DNA of 64,000 bases from Octopus vulgaris (Eukaryota): the NCBI GenBank assembly GCA_951406725.2, contig OX597821.1, positions 31,248,001 through 31,312,000 of the forward strand, in the 5' to 3' direction. Every line of letters begins with the position of its first letter. Position 1 is the first letter of the stretch. The notes beneath the pieces were generated by a model that saw only the letters and a program-made list of their open reading frames with translations, had not been told where the DNA came from and searched no databases. Positions 13,424 to 26,945 of this stretch are shown one piece after another. The position numbers and the translations under genes are program-made.

Positions 13424-13730
13424 AAGGCGCGTAGATTAGGGATAAGGTTATTCGGTTCAAGATCGTGAGAGGTGGTAATCTCAGTTACCGGCCACGCTTT
13501 GTTTCCTTGAGCGAGAATCTTTATTTCACGTTGCTCCAGTTCACTCAGTTGGCAAAAAATGAGTAACATATGTATCTCAAAAAGGCAGCCTTGTCACACT
13601 CTATGTGGTGATGAATTTCCCTGAGAACTGCGTTAAGGGTACATGTGTCTGTGGAGTGCACTTTCATTTTACGAGCTGGCTTTTGCTTTGATCGGATCAC
13701 TGCAACACTCGTTGTCGTAATCGATGGATT
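13424..13730 (+). mobile_element. tRNA-derived SINE, family B
   Basis: ccttgagcgagaatctttatttcacgttgctccagttcactcagttggcaaaaaatgagta, shared with 61377-61625. Confidence 0.78.
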
Positions 13731-15994
13731 GTCGCCATCGATATTCATAAGAAAATGTGATGACAAAGGAATAAGCAATTATCTTATTATCTCCATTAGC
13801 TTACATCAGTTACTGCTATATAAAAGTTATTAAGTGTCCCTGTAAATAAACCAATAAGGTGTTAATTATAACGTCGTCGGAGTCACAAGTATGAAGTGCA
13901 ATTTATCTTCTAATAAATGTATTTATTAAAGATTAAATTCATTCATTAAAAAGTAAATTTCACTACATATTCGAGACTCCGACGAAGCTACAAGATATTA
14001 CTCAGTCACACAATTATGAGTGCACTGCATCCAATAGCAGAAACTGCTGTAAGCTTACTAAGTTCATAAGAAAATTATTTTTCCTTCGTCATTTCATTTT
14101 CTTATTCATGCTTTGTACTCGACTGTCGCTTCCTTCTGAAGCATATGTATTTTGGGTTCTACACCAAGCTATTAATCTCGTAATGCCTAAGCGAAATATT
14201 AAGATATATAAAAATTGCGAATGAAAGCGTTTAGGTTGAGAAGCGATGGGAATGAAAAGAAATTTTGAAAGTCTGTTGCCTAATATACAAAAAGACAGAT
14301 GGCCACCGGAAATCATATTACAACTGCTTCCACATTGCGCAGAGTCGTAGGAAGAAGAAAAATCTCATCCTTTGTAGTTTATCTCATATGTTTTGCCCTT
14401 CTATAAAAAATACACTGTCAATTACTCAGTTTTATGAAATAATTCAATGCTACTATTAAAAACACCTAACAGCATTATGTTTTCCATTTTAACGCCTGCG
14501 CGCATAGTCACACACGCACGCACACACACGAATACGTGCGCGCATATATATGTTTATGTGTATCGGATTCTGTGTTGTCAATAAAATCTTGAAAAGAACT
14601 AGTGTTATGTGGCTTCAAAAGAACATTTCGAAATCATTTAGTTTGTTGATATTTAAAGAAATTTACAAATTCATCTTCTGAACGAAGAGCTGTTATAATA
14701 CTCTGTTGCATATTTGTTTGCCAAAGAATTGGTGATTAGTATCACTAGATAGAATTGCTATCACTATATTAAGTACATTTTGAATCCCAGCGGATTTAAA
14801 GATTTATTTTGCGTTGCTTTATATTCGTGTTGATTTCTGGATTGAATTTTTTTTTATCAGTAAATCTTACAAAGCTACCTCTATATTCGCTGAAATCTTT
14901 ATAAAAAATGGTGCTGGCAGCTTGAGTCTATATAGTGCATTGTACTGCTTGTATGTGACTAAACATAGTTTTCACTAAATTGGCTTTTTTATGAAAGCAA
15001 ATTATAAAAAATAAATGGTTAGTTATTTGTGAGATATAGTGATTATATAGAGCGTAACTGAATATAATGTACGGCTGTACACAATCTTCACTTGGAGTGT
15101 GTAATATTTTTCACTACAGGCGGTAAATACATCGTGAATACAAGTAAATTATATGAATATTTTCCATGTCGTTATTGATCGTGTGATATCGCCATTAAAA
15201 TGTAGATTACTCACAAACTAATTTGTGAAGTTGACAAGTTTACATTTAATTCCGTTGAGGTTGTGTTGGCATCATTTATATTTAAAAGATATCATTCCAT
15301 ATAGGAAGAAAGTTCACTTATTGATATTGTATTGTAAATACACAATGCACTGTATCGGTTTGGCAGACATATTAACTACATTAAAATTTGTAATATGCGA
15401 CCGAAGTTAAATATAATTAAGCCACAGTCTTCAATATAATAATATTTTTCTTAGCTCAAATGCGTTTCATATATGAGTGGAGTTGTATATATGTGCGAAT
15501 GTTAATGTATGTATTCGTGTTTATGTATAACCGTATGAGCACATAATGTCATTGCGATATAACGTTACGTTGAAAATATTCGTGGTATAATATATTCGTA
15601 AGAAACATAGATATTTATATTTCCAATACAACCCGGGTTTCCAAATACATATCATTTAAAACATAGATAATATATATTTTACTTATGTTGAACAAACAAT
15701 TCAGAAATAAAGAATGATCAAAATCTAAGCTCATTTAACTGAAGTTTGAATTATATTAAAATTGCCAAACTTCAATGAAATGAACATCCAGGAAAATTGA
15801 AAATAGCATTTCATTTGTGGTAAACAATATTAGATGAAATGAACTGAATTGTATACTACATATTTCAATACGTTTTCTGAAGCTGGATATGCATTGAGAA
15901 AGCAAATAACTAAAGTGACATTGAAATTTGGAGCTCGTAAAAATTATTAAGCATCGCTGAATATTCTTTTTTACTCTAGGCACAATGCTCACAA

Positions 15995-16125
15995 TTTTGG
16001 GTAGAGGGCTAGTCGGTTAGATCGATGCCATTACGCTACTCTGATACTTAATTTGAACTCAGGACGTAAAGACAGACAAAATACCGTTAAGCATTCCGAC
16101 CCTCGTATTCTGCCAGCTCGCTTGG
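15995..16125 (-). mobile_element. SINE fragment, family C
   Basis: gggctagtcggttagatcgatgcc... resembles 38774-38902 and the reverse complement of 49430-49640. Confidence 0.55.
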
Positions 16126-16597
16126 CAGAGTATTCACAAGTTGCCGGTTTATCAGTATTAAACTGTGAGCAATTGATGTGATGGTTTTAGTATATATGAA
16201 AGATGTTAATATATATTGATAATAAAAGAAAAATTAAGTCATAGACTATATCACTAAGTGGAATTCAGAGCCGACAATATAAGTTGAGTCCTTTCGAAAA
16301 CAAACCTGTTTATGCAAACAATGCGATCGAATATAGAAAAAACAAACAAACAAGAAATTGGTGTACATGCATATGCCAAGGGTTATTACACTTCCACCGT
16401 CAACACATCCAACCCTTCAGCAATGCACGAACGCATTGCTTAAATACCTATTGTATTTAGCTGTGTAATATTATTGGGTAGACCAATTTAGAAATTAAAC
16501 GCTTTTTTTGCCCTGCATGCAATCGATTATGCTAGATAGCCGCCTTAAGAAGACTATAAGGGCAGAAACAACAAAAACAGCAACGACAACAACAGCA

Positions 16598-16638
16598 ACA
16601 ATAATAATAATAATTAGAAAAAATAAAATACAAATAAA

Positions 16639-16716
<78 letters not shown>

Positions 16717-16732
16717 GATGATGATGATGATG

Positions 16733-16803
<71 letters not shown>
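16598..16803. repeat. (AAT)n/(GAT)n microsatellite
   Basis: Direct reading. Confidence 0.97.
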
Positions 16804-16805
<2 letters not shown>

Positions 16806-16919
16806 CAGTAAGACATGGACATGCCTCATAATAATAACTGGTGGGAACACAACCCACCTCCAGTGTTTGAAAATATCTACATCTCAGTCGTCTGCAACTT
16901 CACCGTTCAAGCTGTCAGA

Positions 16920-17457
16920 GGGTTAAATGCGAATAGGCAAGACATTATATGGAAGGACTTCAGACAAAAACATCAAGCCTCCTCATCGATATGACTGACC
17001 CTATCGCCATAAATGTATCTGTCAGGACCTACCAAAGACTGAGTAAGTATAAATACCCTGAAATAGAAATTTGCAAAATGTGGAACCACAAAAGAAAAAC
17101 AATGGCTGTTATCATTGATGCCCAAGAAATGATACCAAAATATACTCTTTGATACTTAGCACAAATACTAGGAAATACAAAAATGGAAGACATTCTAAGA
17201 ATAGTGCTCATGGGAATTGCCCATAGCCTATGTAAATTAGTGTCTATGTAGTCCTAATTTGTAAAACAAATTAAAAATTTATTTCTTTTCTTACACATTC
17301 TCTAGAACAATACTTTGTACAAAACAAAATGTATGGCACCTTAGTCATAAAACCAACTAGAACTTCTAAATGTTTGTCTCTTGAGGTCACTGGGTGAGAC
17401 TTTGCGTCAACTTGTACAAATACAAAGCAAAAGTCAAACGTATAATGATGATAATAA
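16920..17457 (+). mobile_element. 3' end of an R4/Dong-like RLE LINE (endonuclease C-terminus plus 3' UTR)
   Basis: Translates to ANRQDII..LLIDMTDP..LSKYKYPEIEICKMWN, paralogous to the end of ORF 11957-12553. Ends in taatgatgataataa. Confidence 0.8.
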
Positions 17458-17852
17458 GTACTGTAGCAACAGAATAAATATTGTCTTTGTCATCCACAAA
17501 ATTATAAGCGAAACAATACAATGACATAGAATATGGGTTTTAAATTAAATACCAACATTAAGAAGACTGATAATTAACAAGATAATTATAGCAACACACT
17601 TCTGAAATACGGGTTATTGCAGCCAAGATTAAAAAGAAATACCTTAGTTTCCGTATCACACCAACTATCATGCGTTACCACTATGAGACAGCCTTCTATC
17701 ATCCGTCCACTCCAGCGTCCAAGTACAAATGTATATTTGGCCCTTGAAGGGCATCATCAACAATCAGCCACTATTAGAAAAGCAATCTAGTGCGCTATAA
17801 GTTCTATGGTTTGCAAGGTTATAGACGTTACACACACGCACAGACACGTATA

Positions 17853-18348
17853 CTTTTCTTTAGTATTCTTTATTCTTTTACTTGTTTCAGTTATTTGGGT
17901 GATGTCATGCTGGAGCAGCGTCTTTGTAAGACTAGTACTTATTCTATTGGTGTCTTGCTGAACCACTAACTTACAGGGACGTAAACACACCAACATCGGT
18001 TGTCAAGTGATCGTGGACGGACAAGCACACACACACAAACATATACATATACATACATATACATACATCATACATACATACATACATACACACACACACA
18101 TATATATATATACGTGTGTATATCTGTAAACGTAATGTGTGATAATTATTCGGTAGCCATGACAAAACTCTGAGTTATATATACGACAAGCTTTTTTCAG
18201 CTTCCATCTACCAAATCTACTCACATGGCTTTAGTCGACCTGAGACTATAGAGCTATAGTAAGAAAACACTTGCCCAAGGTACCGAGCAACGGGACTGAG
18301 CTCAGAACTTTAGGGATTGGAAGCAAGATTCAAATAACACCGCCACGT
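17853..18348 (-). mobile_element. tRNA-derived SINE, family A, diverged
   Basis: Homologous to 4231-4642, with an internal CA/TA tract. Confidence 0.85.
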
Positions 18349-19891
18349 CTGTAATAAAAATATTAATTTTGGCTTCGGAATTACTTTGACCTGCGTCAAT
18401 ATCTGATTTGTGTGTGATTGGCATGAATAGAATTGTTTTCATCTTACATCTATTACGACACGGAGCTGAACTGGTGCTAATCAATAAGGACGCTTAGTCT
18501 ATAACATATAATGATACAGTTCTGTATTGCATCTAGTATCATTTAACAATTCATTATATTTAGAAATAAAGTTCAAACGGTTCAAATAGAAGTTCCTTAA
18601 AATCAGTAATTACCATACTAATATGGTAATCAGCAATTACCATTCTTAAAATATAATAATTATAACGAGTTCGAATTGTGACAAAGTTGGTAATGATATA
18701 TCTCTCGACATATTCCTGACATTGAATTAACTCGAGACAGGACTCTCCTGGTACAGTAATTGTTGTTGGATATTGAAAATAATTAGATCGATTGAGAGGA
18801 GACTGTATATATTAGTACAACATGATAAAAATACTAGGAGAACGTGTTTGAAATTAGAGTTTATTTCCTTCAAAAGGTAATATCGTATAATGCCTTTTAA
18901 GTCTGATTCTCGTGAAAAAAGCAACTATGATGAGATGTCTGCTCGATTAGGGCCACCCTGTGAAAATAATAACAACAGTAGATATGAAGACAGTAACTGT
19001 TATTCACGAGACGTTCGATCATATTATAATGGTCATATAACATCTTAAATTGAAATACCGGAAATATGCAACGTGAAATCATACCCAATTGTTTTTTGCA
19101 AGCATTTTGTGATGTATTTTTAAAAGCAAATAAATAATTTGGGGAATGTGTTTTCTTGTAGATGGAAAGATACTCTTTGGTTTATAATAAATAGATTTAA
19201 CGAAAAATGATAATTTTCCTTCAAGGAGAAAAGAGTTGAAAATATTAATGAATATTTCATTGGAAATTTGGTAAATACTTTTCAGTATTTAATTAATGTC
19301 TCAAGTAATATATCAATTTGCAAACCATTGCGTCATACTTAAAACTACATGTACACTGTTATGCAAAAGTGTGAGGAAACCTAATAACTACACGTTGTCC
19401 ATCATTTTAAAGTAGACCAAGTCTTCGCTTATATTATCAAAAACGTTTTGAACATACTGTACGATTTTTATTGAAATATATGTATTTTATGTTAATCTTA
19501 CTATTACAGACTTTTCATTATTTTCTTTGGATTTTGAAATTTATTACCATTCTGTATTCTTTTGAGAATGATATCGATTCTTTTACTGCATTTCTTTCAT
19601 ATATACTTATAACCATATTCAAATTATAGATAAATATTAATTCTGACTGAGTTTTGTTCTTTTAACCACGATCAATCTGACAAAAGTAATTATCTGAAAA
19701 TCTGTTGGAACCAAGGACTTCGAATCTTCAAACGTGGCATATTTTGTTTATACATCATTTCTTTCATTCTGTAAGAAAGAAGGAAATAAAGAGATGCTTA
19801 TCAGTAATAGTTAACCGACCCAAAAGCTCCAGAATATTATTCCATTATATTATAACCTGAATGAGATTAGTGATTTCCAAAATTTGCCAGT

Positions 19892-19941
<50 letters not shown>

Positions 19942-21654
19942 ACTGGCTGCATAAGATATAACAAGTTTAGGAGAACAAATTATATATTGTTTAAATATGT
20001 CATGCGTCATACAACGAGCTAGTAAAGAATACGACAGTTTATTATACTTCAATGCAGTTTATTGTTAATTACACGATGGTTTATTCGCTTAATTGTCATA
20101 TTATTGAATATTATAGATAGTTATTCTTCACACTATTGCGACCTTATCAATAAATTTGGTATTTTTCCATTGTACAACTGATAAAGCTCCACTCTGCTAT
20201 TCGTCATATCAGCAACTGCTTTCATTATAAAATCAAACGTGTGTGTTATTCTCTTGTTTTCATTGTATGGTTTTTCCCATTTTCAGATTTATTTGCTTTG
20301 TGCCAGTTTACTTTTTGACGTTGCAACTTTAAGCGAATGCGTATACAGTATTTGTAGATTGTGTATGCCTGTCCTTAGTATGTTGTGTGCACATGGAGTT
20401 CGTAGGTGTATGCGTTTTTTCTTACTGGTGTGATGTGGTGTTCAGGCACTCTAATCTGCGTGATTATGGCAGCTTTGTTACACTAATCATTTTTATTGAA
20501 AGTGTACCGAGACAGTGTCTATGCTACGAAAACAATTCTAATATCCGGACGAAGCAAATATAGCAAAAGTTTGGGAAAATGTTTAAATTTACATATAATT
20601 TCTTTTCTTCCAAACATTTTGTTTCTACATGGTATTTTGGTAAAAGAGACATTTTTTCTTTAACTTTCATCTTTCATGATTTTCACTCCAGAATATTCAA
20701 CCTACTGTTACATGCAGGTCACATGCTGCACAACCTCAGACGTTCTTTATTATATTTATGAGTTCATTGAGTAAATTCTTCGATGTTGGTATGTTAGTTC
20801 TTCATATAGTAACATATGAGCCGGCAGCCACAGAAAGCCAAATCACTTTAAAAGAGAGATAAGATATCCTCAATTAGGATGCTTAGTATCTTGCAGACAC
20901 TATAGAGTAGATGGACACATGGAATGTGGTGTCTTGTAATTTCAGTCCATTTCCACGCGATATTGCGTCTGCAACTCAAAATGATATGAAAATTATTCAT
21001 TGCTAATGTCATCGTTACGTGAATTTAAGAGAAGAATGAGACTAAAAGATATATCATATATTAAGGAATAAGTTACACATAAGTGTGTTTGTAAGATAAA
21101 TAAACGATTTTGTTGACCACTTATCTCGTCATCCACTTCGGAAGTAAAAATACTCGGCAACATATAATACAGTAAATGTTTAGGTCTCAGATTTCTTGCA
21201 AAACAAAATTACCCCAGCCTTTTCGGAATACATACTCGTTAATTCATTTAATCACTCATCAATTTAGAAATTATATTGTGTAATTCTACTTTCGGAAACC
21301 TGAACCAATTTAATAAGGCACAAATGAAACATATGATACTAATTACTATTCAAGTTAAGTTGTTTCATTTTCACTATTAAATTGGTGTTTCCCTCAGTGC
21401 AGGAAACTAATCAATGAACACCCTATTCAATAAGGTGTTAGCTGATCATTAGAAAGAAGGCTACGTCCAAGTTGAACCTTACTTAAGATTGGCTTATATG
21501 TTGAGCAAACTCGATTTCAATTTAGGGCACAAAATTACCAGAAACATATATGAATGCGTGTATATGCACACGTATCTGCATACTCTTACACACATACACG
21601 CACACATATATATCGACATATATATGTATGAATGCATATATATATAGTGACGCA

Positions 21655-21824
21655 TATTTGCCATTTGAATATGGCTAACCCCTAAGGGTGGATGCTACTG
21701 TAGTTTGTAGCCCCAGGAAGATATCTCCTCCAGCTGGCTATAGACACACTATCTGTGTCCTCTCAGTATCTGTGAAGGGGAGTCATCCTTCCCGTCATCA
21801 ACTCATGATACACACGGACCCGAG

Positions 21825-21830
<6 letters not shown>
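21655..21830 (-). mobile_element. Truncated relative of the 35396-35846 retrozyme-like repeat, carrying a hammerhead 3' half
   Basis: Colinear motifs tagccc.g.gaa, gacaca-loop-tgtgtc and aagg.gag. Minus strand reads GAAActcggGTC, cut off by a TA run. Confidence 0.6.
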
Positions 21831-21869
<39 letters not shown>

Positions 21870-21910
21870 ATGTATGTATGTATGTATGTATGTATGCATA
21901 CACACACATA

Positions 21911-21963
<53 letters not shown>

Positions 21964-22539
21964 TTATATACATAGTTTCTTTTCAGTGCTATGACTGGAA
22001 TTCCCTTGGCTGAATCGGCGACAAAATACAAGTAAGCGTGCAGGTTTCATTAAAGACAAAAACAAGAAAGTGTTAAATACCCAAATCTACATAGTGTCTT
22101 TAAATTTTTTTTCTTTTGTACTGCTTACCGACTATGTCTAAGTGCGTGTCAGCTGTTCATTTTCTTACTTTAAAAATCCTAACTGTATCAGATGTAATAA
22201 TATTGTCGTGATAAAAGATATTTATTCGCATATATATGAATTCAAATAAGGTAGAGAAGTCTCACGATATAAAAATTTCTCCATAGATATTCTCGATCAT
22301 TAAATATTTGAAAAAGAATGTTACAATTTGCACGCCAGCTTATGTAAATTTCTGTAAAGATAACTGATTATTCATTCCTGTTCACAAAAGTATATCAAGA
22401 ATGGTATGTTTGCCCTTGTCCTAAAGTTTGCTTCTAAATTTCCAGCAATAACTTTTTTGATTGTATTTATAATCCCATCTTAACACCTAATTTTCATTGC
22501 AGAGAGAAGTAGGGGAAATTCTTTTAAGTAGAAATACCA

Positions 22540-22940
22540 ATTACAAGTGAATAAATGCTAAATTTCCAAACAAATTTGTGTTTCCTTTAGATAAGTGATT
22601 AAGAGAAAACATTGTTTATCAGCGTAAGGTAATTACTGAAGACCGTATGTATTAAAATATTGGCTCATCTGCTATAATTTGGAAATGTAGATTTCATAAT
22701 CATTTTCATTCATTGAACCATGGAAGAAGAAAGTAATTCTATAAATCTTAGTACTTGCATTTGGAACTTAAAAGATAAAACTATTAACTAAGATTTAAAG
22801 TTATGCATCATCGTACAATATTGGTAATGCTACATGTGATCTTAGCCTTGACGAAATTTATCATGTCATTAATTCTAAATTAATTTTATTGAATTTTAAT
22901 GGAAACTTTACAATAAGATGTTGCCATGAATTTAGAAAGA
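22540..22940 (+). pseudogene. Highly degraded Penelope GIY-YIG endonuclease remnant
   Basis: Piecewise translation ENIVYQRKVITE..NIGSSA..WKCRFHNHFHS..NSINLSTCIWNLKDK..YNIGNATCDLSLDE parallels ORF 63280-63705. Confidence 0.65.
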
Positions 22941-23313
22941 TATTCACATATTTGAATTATTTGTATAATAATTTTTCATATAGTATATAATATGCGTAAT
23001 TCTCATCTTAATATAATGAATAAATAGGTAACTAATTGTTGTGACGTAAAATATTTAAGTTGCTATAAATCATAACGTGGAATTCTTATTTTTCTTTTTA
23101 GAAAACATTTCCGTTATCCAATGACATCGCCATTAGCTGAATAAAAGAATGTCTTAGGCTTAATACGATATGAGTATGCTTATTGCTAGCGTCTATATAC
23201 TGTTTTCTTAACATATTTTTTCTAGGATATTGATATTAATTTTACTGATATTTATATATGTGTTTGTGTATGTATGTATATGTACATTCATACATACATA
23301 CACACACACACAT

Positions 23314-23360
<47 letters not shown>

Positions 23361-23443
23361 GGTCCCGGGTTGATTCGGGGTTAACCACAGTAAATAAGGT
23401 ACTCAATACATAGCAGAGTAAAATTAATTTAATATATAGAAGG

Positions 23444-23494
23444 AGCTTCTACAGGACTAGAAATGTTTCATTCAAGAGAAATCTTCAGGAAGCT
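23444..23494 (-). ncRNA. Type I hammerhead ribozyme, left arm copy
   Basis: agcttc-CTGAAGA-tttctcttgaat-GAAA-catttctagtcctg-TA-gaagct. One stem III mismatch relative to the right-arm copy. Confidence 0.7.
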
Positions 23495-23679
23495 AGTTAA
23501 CAAGAATTGTATTGGCATTTATACATTTAGGCAGGTTTAAAGGGGTGTTGGTGGGGGACTTTTTGGGGGTAGGCATAGCGCAAAATATCATACTTGGGGG
23601 AGTGGTCAAGGAGTCAGTGTTAAATTAGATAGAAGAATAAATAAAAAAAAATAAAATAAAAATAAATAAAAAAAATAAA

Positions 23680-23717
<38 letters not shown>

Positions 23718-23759
23718 GGGGGAATAGAGTTTTAGGTAAATAAGGAGATTCTCACTTAT

Positions 23760-24132
23760 ACCTATGCACATATGTATACATATATACACACGCATACAAA
23801 CATATATACATATACATACACACATACATACACACACATATATATATATATACATATATATACACTTACACATACATATACATATCTACACATACACATA
23901 TATGTATACATACACACACTCACATGCATACACGTATACACACATGTATATATACACACACACGACCACACATACATATACACACAGAAAAATATATATA
24001 CACATACACACACATACTCACATACACGCATACACACACAAATCCACACACACACATGCACACACAGCACACTAGTCCCTATATACACATATATACACAT
24101 ACACACATATATACACACACATACATATACAT

Positions 24133-24178
<46 letters not shown>

Positions 24179-24846
24179 GTGTACCTATGCATACCTACAC
24201 ATACACACATATATATATATACACATACAAATACAGACCCATTCCCTAATTTTAATTTTATTATCTTCGTTTATTACTTTTGTTATCTTTGGCCGCTTGG
24301 TCACAAACATCTTGGCTATGACAGCCAGTCCATTTATCTGTCTACTGGAAAACAAGCACTCATTCACTCACGCACACTCTTTAGCACGTACACTCACTCA
24401 TTCGTACACTCATACACATACACGCACGCACGCGTTATATTCATACATACATACATCTACATACATTCACGTATATACACATACGTACGCGTACCTACAG
24501 ATTCATGTCTACACTCTTAGAAGGCTAGTCTATACATATACACCAATAAATATAAATACACACACATACACGTACACCTACATACAAATACATACATGTA
24601 TATATATATATACATATATATATATATACATATATATACATATTCACATATATATACACATATATGCATACACATACATACATACACATATATACACATA
24701 TACACACATATACACATATATACACACATACACATACATACATATACACACATACACATACATACGTATACATACATACATACATCCATACATCCATACA
24801 TACATACATTTATACACATACACACACCCACATACATACATATATA

Positions 24847-24898
<52 letters not shown>

Positions 24899-25347
24899 CA
24901 TATATACATATATATTCATACACACACATATACATATACATACATACATATACAAATATACGCACACACATACATACATACTCATATACTCATACACGCA
25001 CATACACATGTACATGCGTACCCATACGCACACACACACACACGCGCGTCCATATATACACATAAGTACACCCATGCGTAAAAGTATACATATATCTATG
25101 CTTACACATACACACACACACACACGCGCCTCCTTATATTCATACTTACATGCATACTCAAAAAATAAGTAAATAGTAAAATATATATACGCGCAGTTAT
25201 TCATACATGCATACTCAAAAAATAAATAATAAATAATAAATATTAAGTATATGTACGTGCAGTTACCTATTATATAGACGGATACATACATATAAACTTA
25301 CACACATATATATACACATGCACATACTTATATCTCTACATACTCGC

Positions 25348-25402
<55 letters not shown>

Positions 25403-25662
25403 CACACACATACATATACCTATATACATGCATACATACACATACATATATATACACATCTACAATTTGTATCTACACTCACATACCTGCACATACACAT
25501 AACCCTACATACCTACATATACATCGACATACTCGCGTACACTCATATATATACACATATATACATATACACACACACATACATATACATATACATATAC
25601 ATATATATAAACATATACACACACACATACATATATGTATATATATATATACATATATACAC

Positions 25663-25699
<37 letters not shown>

Positions 25700-25702
25700 T
25701 AC

Positions 25703-25739
<37 letters not shown>

Positions 25740-26295
25740 CATACATACATACATACACATATACATACATGTACATATACACATACACACACATATATAT
25801 ACACACACATACATATATCAACAATTGAGGGTAAAGTTAATTAGTTATTAATCAATTTCACCAAGTATTCAGTTGTAAAAGGACCATTATTTTTATGAGT
25901 AAACAATGTCTGAGGGAAAATATTCTCTAAGTAGTGGAAGAGGCTAAAAAACTTTTTTGGCTGCTATTTCTAGAAAATTCAGTATGTGGCAAAGTAATTT
26001 ATTTTACTAAGCCCTAATTATATAATATTTTATACATACATACACATACATACACACATACATATACACATACATATGCATACACACATATATACATATA
26101 TACATACATACATCTATACATATATACACACAGACACACACACACGCACATACATATATATATATATATACACATATATATATTTTTTTTACATACATAC
26201 ACGCACACACACACATAATACATGCGTATAATCCTACTATACCCATACATTTCTATACATATATACGATACACATATACAAGCGTGCACATACAA
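23760..26295. repeat. About 2.5 kb of degenerate CA/TA low-complexity sequence inside the PLE
   Basis: Cryptic (CATA/CA/TA)n with small unique islands at 24235-24360 and 25820-26010. Confidence 0.93.
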
Positions 26296-26376
26296 TATGT
26301 GAAAGGTCTTAGGAGAAAAGGTAATCGGGGGTGGTAGGGGAACGGTGGGATTGGGGGGGTTGTGGGTGGGGTGTCA

Positions 26377-26578
26377 TCAATCTGGTTGCCGGGTAGGTCT
26401 ATAGTTCTTGTAGTTCGCATACTTCTTATGCATACAATTTGGGGAGTGTTCTGAGATTTTGTTAAGGAGAGGGCCTTTGGCGAACAAGATCTCTAGGCTC
26501 TCCGATATGCAGAAGTCACAGCAGGTATGGCCTCCTGTGTACGAGCGCGCCTTCTGTAGTAGTTTCCACTTGGTCGTT
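26377..26578 (-). pseudogene. Penelope GIY-YIG endonuclease C-terminal fragment
   Basis: Manual translation TKWKLLQKARSYTGGHTCCDFCISESLEILFAKGPLLNKISEHSPNCMHKKY, compared with WEIVRRAIPY...CQLCSME...LLN..E...CVH in ORF 63280-63705. Confidence 0.85.
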
Positions 26579-26758
26579 TTTTTTTTATTTTTTATTTTTT
26601 ATTTTATTTTATTTATTCTTCTATCTAATTTAACACTGACTCCTTGACCACTCCCCCAAGTATGATATTTTGCGCTATGCCTACCCCCAAAAAGTCCCCC
26701 ACCAACACCCCTTTAAACCTGCCTAAATGTATAAATGCCAATACAATTCTTGTTAACT

Positions 26759-26809
26759 AGCTTCCTGAAGATTTCTCTTGAATGAAACAGTTCTAGTCCT
26801 GTAGAAGCT
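26759..26809 (+). ncRNA. Type I hammerhead ribozyme, right arm copy
   Basis: agcttc-CTGAAGA-t(ttc tctt gaa)t-GAAA-cag ttctagtc ctg-TA-gaagct. 6-bp stem I, 4-bp stem III, GUA triplet. Confidence 0.78.
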
Positions 26810-26824
26810 CCTTCTATATATTAA

Positions 26825-26855
<31 letters not shown>

Positions 26856-26896
26856 TATATACATATACATATATACATATACATATATATATACAC

Positions 26897-26927
<31 letters not shown>

Positions 26928-26945
26928 GTTGTATATATATATATA

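Larger units (their letters stand above)
23360..26826 (-). mobile_element. 5'-truncated Penelope-like element with an inverted pseudo-LTR copy
   Basis: About 250-bp near-identical inverted repeats (23426-23680 and 26580-26826). GIY-YIG C-terminus at 26377-26578. A hammerhead lies in each arm. Confidence 0.85.

Noticed and set aside
23772-25172. 466-aa ORF and the many other YI/HT/CV-rich ORFs in the track
   Set aside because: Translations of CA/TA microsatellite that lack stops by composition; no domain content.
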